Part shown: in pieces, positions 54,021 through 64,000 of the stretch
How the letters are laid out: each line of letters starts with the position of its first letter
Position numbering within the stretch: position 1 is the stretch's first letter
Assembly: GCA_051362555.1 (NCBI GenBank)
Contig: CM120642.1
Coordinates: forward strand, 29,636,001-29,700,000
Length of the DNA: 64,000 bases
Source of the DNA: Lingula anatina
Taxonomy: Eukaryota > Animalia > Brachiopoda
Direction: 5' to 3'
Notes under the pieces: model-generated
What the model saw: only the letters and a program-made list of their open reading frames with translations
Told to the model about the DNA's origin: nothing
The model's database searches: none
Program-made: the position numbers and the translations under genes

Positions 54021-56549
54021 GGTGGAAAACGATTTTGTTTTGTCAAAAATTGTATATATGGCATTTAATAAACTGATTTTGTTTAATGTAAGAGGCTGAT
54101 CAAATAATAAATTTGAGTCAAAACTGACTGTATAAATAGATATGAGTATCGTCTTCTTACCTAAACAAGTGTGATATTTGAGCATATCATCCCACAATCC
54201 ACTTTTAAGACATGTAAACTCCACATTTTCCTCAAAAGTTGCGAAATAATATCCACGGTTACAAGCATACTTCATTGTTGATCCGGGTTGATAGATGCCG
54301 TCATGGGCATCGGGAACTTTTCTGCCGTTTTCTAACTCTCCAGGCTCTTCACAATATATCGGGGCTGGAATATAAACGTCATATTTTCAAAAAACTTAAA
54401 ATTTAAAAAGAAACTACGAATGCATTAATGGCACTATGAAATAGTCTAAATGTTTCAATGTTTCAATTGTTTCCCTTTTGTTTGCAATCAAGCATGGTGG
54501 TGAGCTACAGGTACATTTCGTCCTGGATTAATGTATAAAGAGGTAATAAAACGGATCCCAGAATTCACAGCATAACTAAAGCAATGCCTCACATAGTCCG
54601 CCTGAATAAAGCTGTTATTACCGAGGGCTGGTATATGCAGATCCAACCACACTACTAAGTCACCTGTGTCTCTCAGCAACTGCAATCTTAGATTTACCTG
54701 TGCATTTGGGCGGGGCCTGGTCCCAGTGTCCCCTGCCGACACACTTGATCTCCCCGGGGCCGGCCATCTCGTACCCTGAGTGGCACTCAAAGTGCAGCCT
54801 GCTCCCCATCACACAGCACGACCCGTACCTCTCGCCGTTAGCGATCTCCCCTGGGTCCACGCATGTTGGCTGAACTGTGGCGTATGGAATATATACTTAT
54901 TTGTTATTTTGGCACTTATGCCATTGCTTTTCATTCAGATATTTATTCCTTTAATTATATTTTTCAAATATAGGAAGAGATTTTGAATTAACAGATATAG
55001 AGAGATGAGCCAAAGAATCATTCATCTGAGAAGCATTAGCAATTCACTGCCTGAAAAAAAAAACTTGAATTAAAAAGAAAACAAAGACGCTTTTTTGGCA
55101 GACAAACATAAAAGCATATTTTTATGACTCAAAACTTCTCCAGTGCATTACTCCAATTGCTTAATGCCGACCATCTCTTTGTTGTATATACAAAGGTTTC
55201 CAGAAACTTAACATTACTTACTGATACACGATGGGTCTGAATGGCTCCATTTGAAATTCCTTCTGCATCTCCTTATTCTCCTCCCTTGGAGCACGTACCC
55301 CTCGTCGCACTTATAGATCAGCCTGCTCTTACGACCACGTCCCTCAATGCGGAATTGGCCATGCTGTATACTTTTTGGTGGAGGGCACACGTTGCCTGGA
55401 GAAGATGTAATACAGTGTGCAAATGCGCTGTATCACAACTAACACAATCGTATTGAGAAAAGAAAGCACTATTTACTCGTGGCTCCAAGTTTTCCTCAGC
55501 GCGTTTCTTTGCTGTAGATTGTTTGCAGCAGGGAGAATAAAGATAAAAAAGGAGCAAGATATTATAGAAATAAGAAAATAAAAATACAACCCATCCCTTT
55601 ACCGATTTAGCCTATTACTTCCAAAATGAATTACCTAAATTTTCGTTACTAAATGCCAAATGTTGTTTAATTTGTGATTTTATTCCGTGTTTAATGAGTT
55701 GTGAAAGTAATCGACTGCAGTCAGTTTTGATGGGATGGGTTATATAGTGGCGTATTCTCCGTCTTCGTCACAGGGCCAGTACGTACTGGTAGGACCTATG
55801 TTTTGAAAATCACTCTTCCTGCAGAGAGACTGGACAAGTGAAGAACATCAATTCAAGATCCTGCCATAAATTAAAGAATCTGTCAAACTGCCAACGGCGT
55901 ATGATTTACAAGGTACGTCTGACGAAAATATAAAGTGACATGCATACATGTACCTCGTCTGCGCGTGGAAGTCCATCCCTGCCTGCATTTGCTTGTGTGG
56001 GCGCTTTTTTGTGTGATCAGATGCATTTGTGCATGTATGTACGTACATGTATGTGTATCCTCTACCTGGGCCGCAGATTAAACATGTGCATTTTTTCTTG
56101 AACGCAAGAATCGTAGCATGAATAGAATAAGCCAGAGACTTATCTATGAATATCTAGTGAAAAATCAATCTGTGGCCCTGGTAGAGAGTAACGAGTGCTC
56201 GTGGATTCATTAGTATGCATCAGCGTGTACACGTTTGTGCATAAGTGCCAGTAAGTATACATTAGAGCACGAGAGCGTGCCCGAGCCTCACCCTCGCACC
56301 ACGGGTCCACTCCACTCCAAGTCCCGTTCATCATACACTGCCTGTAAGGCGTGCCTCTCAGCTGCAGTCCGCCCTCACATTCGAACTTCACCACTGTGCC
56401 TGGTGCGAAATCTTTTATCTCCATCTGGGAGTGAACGTGCCCGAAGAGATGCACGATGATATCAAATCTACTGCCTGGATTTCGTCTTGGTATGGGGCAA
56501 TTTTCTGAAAAGTACATCATTTGATTTTATTAAAGTATCATGTTGCCGC

Positions 56550-56582
<33 letters not shown>

Positions 56583-58615
56583 GCACGCACGCACACACAC
56601 ACACACACAAATGCACACACACAAATGCACACACACATTTGTTTTTCGTTCCTGGTGCTATCCTTTTTTCATTCTTTTAAACTTGGAATCGAAGAAAAAA
56701 TATTCTAGTCTGTAACTTGAAAAATTATTGATTGAGATGGGCCATATTCTTCTTATTTTATGAAAAAAATAATTAATTACACTTATAATTGAAATTGAAA
56801 TTTCAGAAAAATCTATTAGAAGGCACGTTACACAGCATTGGTTTGAAAGTATGTAAAAAGGCGGCGTTTCGTTGTCACGGAGCTCAAAAGGAAAAGTTTC
56901 GGACATCTAAATGGAGAATTTCAAATCAGTTCGTCACAGTCTTCATATTTATTTATACCATCTTTGGAGAAGTCTTCGCTTCATTAGATGCAAATGTACG
57001 GTAAATGGCATCCACATGAATCAACATTTAAGACAAATTTAGCGTATCACTCTATTTCCAACATTTGAAAAGGAACTTCAATGTCTTATTTCTGCGTAGT
57101 TCAAGCAGCACTTTCTCACACCACTTCATCCACGCCATCCCAATCATGCTAGTTCAGTTTGATATCTGCATTTCCGCATGTCTCACTGCTGAGTGCCAAG
57201 CACGTGTGGGAACACGCAAGGTCGTCACTACTGGCAAAACAGGACTACGGAAGTTTCTAAAATCGGTTTTAAGGCTGATTCAGATTAACAGATTGACACG
57301 CCTCCGGTCCCCTTGTTTTCCACGTGCTCTAAAAATAAATCACCAGATTTTTTGTTTTCTATTTAGCACCAGGAGATGGTGTGTCACAGATTGCATTCAG
57401 CGAGAGTCCATACGGAGTTGGATCGATCTACGGTTCCATTGGGAATGAGCCCTAAAGTCGTTATGGGACGCCGAGATTACAGTAGCATCCCATTACACAA
57501 CAATCATTCAATCCCCGGTTAAGTTAATTTGTCATCGTATTACTATGCTCTCCAGTAATGAAAGTCTTAACAGATTCTTATTTGAAAAAAGTTCCGGTTT
57601 GAACGAAGCTTAATAAGTTCTTACAAGCAGCTGCAAGAAATGCCATCTCAGACCCATGCTGGGGGCGGCTTTTTAAAACAAATTAGATTAAGACTGCAAA
57701 CTCACGAAAGAAGCGTAATTTGTTCACCGTCTTTCCAAGCACTTGTGTTACACTATACATGTTTTCGCGCTGAGCAGATGTGAAGCAGGCATCTCACTTC
57801 AACGCCCCTGCCTTTTTATAACTTGTCATATACAATGAAAAAATAATTGTGAATGCGCTTTCACGTGCTACCCTGCCCTCCTTTTCGGCTTTTGCACAAA
57901 TCTGACAAAAGTAAACGGGAAACGTTTTTATCACGTATCAATTTTAAGGAATAGACCCGCAAACGACCGTTAATCAAGCTGCTCCTGAAGTCGAACCCTC
58001 TCACCACCACCTCCACCGCCTACGTTATCAAGAAGCCTTTTTCGAACTCATAAATTATTTTAACAGACAGTGCGTGTTTTTTGTATATGAACCCGACTAA
58101 ATCTGCGAGATCTCTTGGGACTGTTTTAAATTTCAAAAGTATCTCTTTATACACAGCTCTCACCCCCACAACCTTTTTCGACCAAGTCAATCATAAACGC
58201 AGGAAATGTGTGGGAGTGTATGTGTGTGTGTGTGTGTGGGGGGGGGGGGGGATCCCCAGCCCCGTCGTTATTTTTTTTCTCTTTTTTTTCTGTTTCCTAT
58301 GCGCTTCATACAGAGAACGCAGTGTTGGTGATTGTTAGAACCAAGGCCACTAATTAGTAAAGGAGACGCTTATCATCTTATATTCTCAATAAATAAGTTT
58401 TTCATGTACAGAAAGGCTTCCTCTTTGAACCCACCCCAACATCTCCCACTTCTATCTTTTCTTCTAAGAGTGAAAAGACGCATAATATATTATATAAATT
58501 ACATCTGTATTTATTACTATCAAACGTTCTTACCCGCCTTGGTAGACGTCAACACTCCGAAAGCCGCAATCACCAGGCACAGAGCGTTCCGTCCAGTTAG
58601 CAGCGGTTGTCCCAT
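44059..58615 (-). CDS. CFB-like: Complement factor B/C2-like protein: signal peptide, 7 CCP, vWA, catalytically dead serine-protease-like domain; 19 coding exons, 974 aa
   Basis: Hand-spliced exons, all GT-AG with consistent phase: 58615-58534 (MGQPLLTGRNALCLVIAAFGVLTSTKA signal peptide). CCP exons: 56504-56292, 55395-55222, 54874-54698, 54364-54161, 53762-53577, 53186-53007, 49103-48930. vWA exons: 48614-48388 (LDVFLIFDS), 48100-47941, 47703-47584 (VILFTDG), 47340-47128. Protease-fold exons: 46702-46566 (CG...WPWVV), 46112-46010 (CTGTLVDEYWVLSSASC), 45745-45596 (NIAL...ICLP), 45218-45106, 44889-44814 (LCA), 44622-44509, 44180-44059 (FTKLDHLMSWI...TAA). Total 2925 nt with no internal stop. 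CCPn-vWA-SP is the defining Bf/C2 architecture. Confidence 0.92.
46844..47058. mobile_element. PIF/Harbinger (Tourist-like) MITE, copy 4, in an intron of the Bf-like gene
   Basis: Same family, TTA TSD; lies between the last vWA exon and the first protease-fold exon. Confidence 0.85.
49206..52871. mobile_element. About 3.7-kb foldback-type DNA transposon (CMC/EnSpm-like) with palindromic CCTATAGG arrays, in Bf-like intron 7
   Basis: TIRs CCCTTACGAAAATTTCCTATAGGA / TCCTATAGGAAATTTTCGTAAGGG with a 2-bp AT flank duplication. Subterminal arrays of CCTATAGGA(T/AAT); a further inverted block 49575-49730 vs 52140-52295; about 170-bp tandem units at 51730-52135. Confidence 0.8.
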
Positions 58616-59638
58616 CTTAATTGTCGGTCCTCTTAGCACTGGGGGTAGCAGGAAACTGAAGGTTCCTTCTGACTGTGCGCCTGCCTAGTCAACCACACTT
58701 AAGATCACTGCGGGCAAAGTTTAGTCTCTCAAACGTAGACCAAAGTGTATTTTGCTTTTTAAAGTCAAGTGCGTCTTTTTTTTCTCTCTGATTGAGGACC
58801 CTCGGTAGCTAAGTATCAAATATTAAGCTATATCGGATTAAGTGCCAACAATATCATATACCCCCAAAATAAAAATTTGAAAAAAAAAACATTTATAAAC
58901 ATGCCATTCGTCTTTTGATAGATTAATATGATTTAAAGCCAAAACAACTGTTATGTGAATTTTGCGTCAAAAAAGAACGGGCATGCCAGACAGCAGAAAA
59001 ATCTAACGTTAAGTCGGTTTATGTGACTCGTAATTCACAATTGTTTTTGCCACAATACGTAAGTTAAACGTTTATGTTGGTTGCATACTTACAGTTGTTT
59101 TGGAAGCAAATTCCCTTTCTGTCGTTCCTAGTTTTAGTACTTAGTAACAAACATGCTAAACCTTGCTGAAAACTCTGCATCTATGACTCACGCATCTTTC
59201 AAAACGCGCTCTCTGAATATCTGCGGTTTTACATAAAAACAGCGTCTTTTCCGATCTCTAGATAATTTCCCTACCAGATCTCTTCTCAGCTTAGGCAAAC
59301 GGTGTTGAAGGAAAGGAACGAACACACTAAGACTAGATTTCTAACAGCAAATTTTGGTTGTGGTTAACCAAATGTCTTGATGTAATCCCCCCTGCCTTAA
59401 CCAAAGCCAGAACCAGCGAGCTCAACTACTTGCAGGAATATAATAACAAACGCGCCCTGAGAGCATATACATACAATTGTGTCCCTAAGCAGAACAAGAA
59501 GCCACAGTGCGGAGAGAAAGGAAACACTTGGGAATCTACAGAGAGATTTCTATATATATCTGCGTCCAGTCTTCGGTTGTTAACAAGCGTGGAGTTCCTT
59601 TGAACTTGGGAAGTTTTACAGCTCCAAATGAAGACCGA

Positions 59639-59671
<33 letters not shown>

Positions 59672-61022
59672 GACTTAAGTATGCTATGTTTTTACAGCAC
59701 TAATGGATAGCGGCACATGTAAAAAGGTTAAGAATGGTCACAGAAAAGTCAGAATGATCCATCTCAGAAAATGAATTCATTCGTGGTTCCCATACTTCAA
59801 TGAAATTTGGCATGACTATGCTTTTTTTTTTCGAACAAGTAAAACTTTATTACTTTGTTTTTGAACGTCTTTACATGGCGGCATGGGATACATGCCTAAT
59901 TTCAGTCAGCATGAGATGTTCTTTTTATTACTAATATATTTCCGTCATCATCTGGTAGAACATAGGTCGGTCTTCATAAAAAAAAAGAAAGCAAAACAAA
60001 ATCTGAACCAGATGCGGTCTTGGCGCAACCGATGCATCTCAACTAACACAGCGAGAAAATCCGACCCGGAACAGAAATGTTAAATCCTTTCTTACATTCC
60101 CCCCGATGTTTTAATAATTCCTCATAAATATCTTCTTTCTTAGTGTCAGTTTAATTTACGCTGCCCTATGCAATTTCCATGTGCGGAAGAACTATATAAA
60201 ACGAGGTATCAAATTAGTTCTTCCAAAATTACTTAATATAGCATATATTTTTTGACATGTAGAAAGAAAGTCCTTACCCAATCTATGGTTTAAACAACTT
60301 TAAATTTTACAGTAATTTTATACATAACCGGTACGTACTTCAATGCTACACCATGCAGGGCCTTTTACATTTGCCCTTTAAATAAAGGAAAAAACAAAAT
60401 TGAGATTTTTTTACAAATTTTTATTCACACAAAATGGAAGAAAATAGAAGGGGCAGAGTTGATGCCAATATGACTCCGATAATTGATGGATGTGGTCCAA
60501 TTACAATGCTGCCTTCGAAGGTAAATCGTAAATTCTCTTAAATCTCCATTCCCAGTTGTTCCGCTATCGTGATGTACTCATTGTCCCACAATTTGTTGTT
60601 CTCAAGGAGATTCAAATTCAAACTTTTTCTGCTTCAAATGCCTCACTCTATTCATTCAACTGAACAAGATTTCCAAGAGAAAATGAGATCATTGGATGAA
60701 TGGTGTCAAGTACACGAAAACTCAAACCCCTAGCTACAAGAATGTTGAAATTCTACCACATTAGATAATATCCCGGGTTGATTTTTTCTTTCGTGTTATG
60801 AAACACTGCGCCAGATTAAATAGCATAATAAATAAGGTTGAGTTATCTTACAAAGGATGCCGAAAATCCGGGAATGACGATCTTTTAAAATCTTGTTGAT
60901 CCACAACATAGACTTAAAGCTCCATTTTTAACGTATTTTTTCTATAAAAGAGGTATATCAAATATTGATACTTGTACAATGTCTCTTATGCTACAAAAGT
61001 CTGTTGGCTCCAATAAAGAAGT

Positions 61023-61778
61023 CTACTTCTTCTTGGGCTTCTTTGCTTTCTTGGCTGCTTTCTCTGAAAAGCAATGACGGAAGTATGTAAGACAGAGTAA
61101 ATATCTACACGTATAAAAAAATCAAGCATACAGTATTCATTTGAGCCACATAGGTTAGGTGCATAAAAACTCCATTGTGACTTTCCTTACGGTGTGGCAC
61201 TGTAGTATTCTGACAAATATGTATTCTCTTTAAAAGCCTCTTATCAAATAAACCAAAGACTACTCACTTGTAACCTTTCCTGACTTCTTCTTTGCTGGTG
61301 CCTTCCTCTTAGGAGCCTTGGCTTTGGCTGAAAATGTGACAGTAGTGTCAGATCTATTTGAACATATGATTTTAAGCCAAAGTTTTTTAGTCATTTAGTT
61401 ATTATTGTCCCTAAACAATAACTGAAATTACTGTATCACATATATATAGAGAGAGTGCCTAGGGTCTATTCACCTCGGAAAAAACGATTATCAATAGTAG
61501 GCCCCTATTGAGATAGATTGAAAAGTATCAAAACATTCCACATGGTTTATAAAGACGGATCTTAAAATATGGAAACACGAATACAGGTTGTATGTTGAAT
61601 GCCCTCCCTCTTTAAGATGAAAAACTGTCTGGACCATACAAAATAGAATTTCGCTATAGATGAGCTTTCCTCTCTCATGGAATCCATATTAAAGATTTTG
61701 AACTGTCAATGTTTTTGAAAACCTACCTGCACTGTCTCCTGCAGGCTTCTTTGCTGCTGCCTTTCTTGCTTTGGCCAT
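61023..61778 (-). CDS. 50-aa Lys/Ala-rich basic protein resembling a histone H1 C-terminal tail or a protamine-like sperm nuclear basic protein
   Basis: Exons 61778-61727, 61327-61268, 61063-61023, all GT-AG and phase 1. Protein: MAKARKAAAKKPAGDSAAKAKAPKRKAPAKKKSGKVTKKAAKKAKKPKKK* (21 K, 15 A, 2 R). An acceptor AG just upstream of the ATG implies a non-coding first exon. Candidate AATAAA on the minus strand at about 60420-60425. Confidence 0.82.
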
Positions 61779-64000
61779 TTTCACTGATTAGAGATTGAAT
61801 CTGATTTCTGAAAATAATAAAAAAAGATAAAATATTACTAAATCTTTATGGTTAACTCGTGTAAAACTGACCTCGAAGAAATGTATCAAGTGCTGAGTTA
61901 TAAAATCATTCAGACTTGAAATCCTTCTTCGTGTAGTTCCATGCCACCGACTTGAGACCAGAAGGCCCTTAAAAGATTTACAAGTAGATATACAAAAACT
62001 ATGAATAAAAAAGAAACCTAATCCTTTCATATATGCCCTAAGTTTCTCAGGACAGTGCGTGACCTGCTTTGGCTTTACAACGTAAACACACACAGCTAAT
62101 GTGTAAATAGGTCGCCGTACTCTTTGTATCGGGATATCCGCTCAGGTCGCGTAAAGTGACCGAGGTTGTCAACCTTGACAAACCCTTAGTAGACAATGGT
62201 CATGAGCTAAACCGATCCATAATTCCTAATTCATTATTTCTCTAACTTCTCCACGGCAGTGTCGTCTACGATACAATTATCGACCACTGCTGCGGAGAAA
62301 AAAATCCAATTTGTAATGTGCCTGACATACTTCACAGCAGATCAGCTGTTGTGAAAATCGATGGTTGGAACTAAATATGCATGTATTTCGTTAATGCCCC
62401 CTCCCTCATCTTTTTGTAACTTGCATGCTGTCTGTGTTAAAACAAGACAGCACCGTAGTTAAGTGCAGATCCCAGAAAAATAGCGGTAAACGGTTTGACA
62501 AGGATAAAACCCCGCCATAACCAACAGCCCGCATAAATGTTGCATATTTTCAAAACAACCCTTGTTGCGCACTATTTCTCCTCTGCGCGCAGAAAACGAA
62601 ACCAAGTCCAACCGTACCTCGGTCGTGATGTAACGTTCCGACTCGCTGATTCTCTAAATTTGACAAGATAAGAAAATCGTCCGTACTTACTTTCCGCTGA
62701 GGTTGAAATCTTTAAACTCAACTGCCAGGTGACGCTACAAACCGACGCTAAATTTGTAGCTGCCCTTTGTCCTAAGGTAAACAAACAAAACCGCGTGGAT
62801 TAAGGGCCAATCGTGTTCAAGCTAACAATCATTCATACACAGTAAACCAATCAAATGTGTTTTAACAAATTCCGGGTTCTAATTTCCTAAACTGAGTCTT
62901 TCGTGGCCTGTTTTATTGGCTACGTAAAATAGGTGGGGGAAAATATGACGTATTTTCTTGGGAGATTTGAATGAGATAATTTTCTATTTGCATAATCCCA
63001 AGTCGTTTTTATTCAAAAATAAACGGAGGAGTTTTTTCCATATAATTCTGTTTAATAAAAGAGTGAATTTTTTTTATTTTTCTGGGACTTATTAGAAGAA
63101 ATAGATTTTGGAGAAGTGTGTTTGACATCACTGGTGCCATTTGCTTGTGGTCTGACGATTACACTGAACCCCTCCTGACCTTGTAAAGTGACGTCAATTT
63201 AGGACAATAACTTGGCCCCAGTTCAAATTTACAATAGTTAATTCAGCGACCAAATCGTCTACTAGCAACTGAAATTTTCAAATGGAGCGTTGGCAAGGAC
63301 GCGCTCGTTTCTGTTACCTGTGCGACTTTGTTTACTTTGGTGTTGAGAAAAATGCAGGTGTAGAATTTCAAAAACAACGAACTGCAATTAAAAACCCCTG
63401 ACACTTCAGCAGCTTGGCCGGCTTGGCAGTGTGCATGTAAAAAAATTCCGTACTTGCTGCGAATTTTGCTGTTTTCAAAATATTTCCCATACGATGAATC
63501 ATGATAAAAACATTTCGAAATATAATATATAGGTCAAACCCAATATCAGCATACAGGCACAAGTGCATGCATGTTGTAAATCCCAATCATCGGCTACATC
63601 AAAGCCATGTTTCATACTGGTACTAGTAATGTGTCTAAAATTACAAAGAATACACATATGCCACAGAATACACATATACCACTCATGCAGTGGAATTATT
63701 AAGCCGCTTCGTAAAATATTTTACTGATGTAATGGCATTGACTTGGCGGTCTTATACACATGTAGGCCTGACGGACTGCATGTGTAGATCATGGCATTTA
63801 ATTAAAAGATATATGCAGGTAAATTATAACGTTTATCTGGTCCATGTCAAGGTGTTGTCCGTGACGGAGTGTAATTTTTGTCTCGCTAAATTCTGTTACA
63901 TCGATGTAACGCTCAATGCAACGGTGATGCAATATATGTCTCTATAGTCCAAACACACGATGCTGGGATGAAGTGTTTCGGGGTTTCACCTTTATAGTTT

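Noticed and set aside
58332-58688. 118-aa plus-strand ORF, and similar plus-strand ORFs at 48443, 54780, 55241 and 56235
   Set aside because: These are antisense shadows of real minus-strand Bf-like exons.
59100-59620. NF-kB-like (GGGAATTTGC, GGGAAGTTTT) and AP-1 (TGACTCA) motifs upstream of the Bf-like gene
   Set aside because: Imperfect or short matches that are expected by chance; there is no conservation evidence within the window.

Overview
AT-rich, intron-containing animal genomic DNA; the repeat repertoire and gene content suggest a lophotrochozoan invertebrate such as a mollusc (inference). The ORF track mostly misses the real genes because they are spliced. I rebuilt the following by hand from GT/AG junctions and reading phase, all on the minus strand. 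(1) A 19-exon complement factor B/C2-like gene (58615->44059, 974 aa): signal peptide, 7 CCP modules, a vWA domain with a degenerate MIDAS, and a trypsin-fold domain that has lost all three catalytic residues. (2) Four paralogous 3-exon microprotein genes (91-97 aa; at about 4.0-4.8, 11.8-12.7, 19.4-20.4 and 41.4-42.1 kb). They share a tandem C-x2-G-H-x-H-x8-C repeat that I cannot assign to a known family, and three start with an MGxxxS N-myristoylation signal. This is the best candidate for an undescribed system. (3) A spliced 50-aa Lys/Ala-rich gene resembling an H1 tail or protamine-like protein (61778->61023). The first 11 kb is a patchwork of direct and inverted duplications with decayed LRR-Ig-TM gene fragments. 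The rest carries many DNA-transposon derivatives (Harbinger-, hAT-, mariner-, Tc1-, Sola-, CMC/EnSpm- and Helentron-like), an L1/Tx1 remnant and microsatellites. No rRNA, tRNA or CRISPR features were seen.
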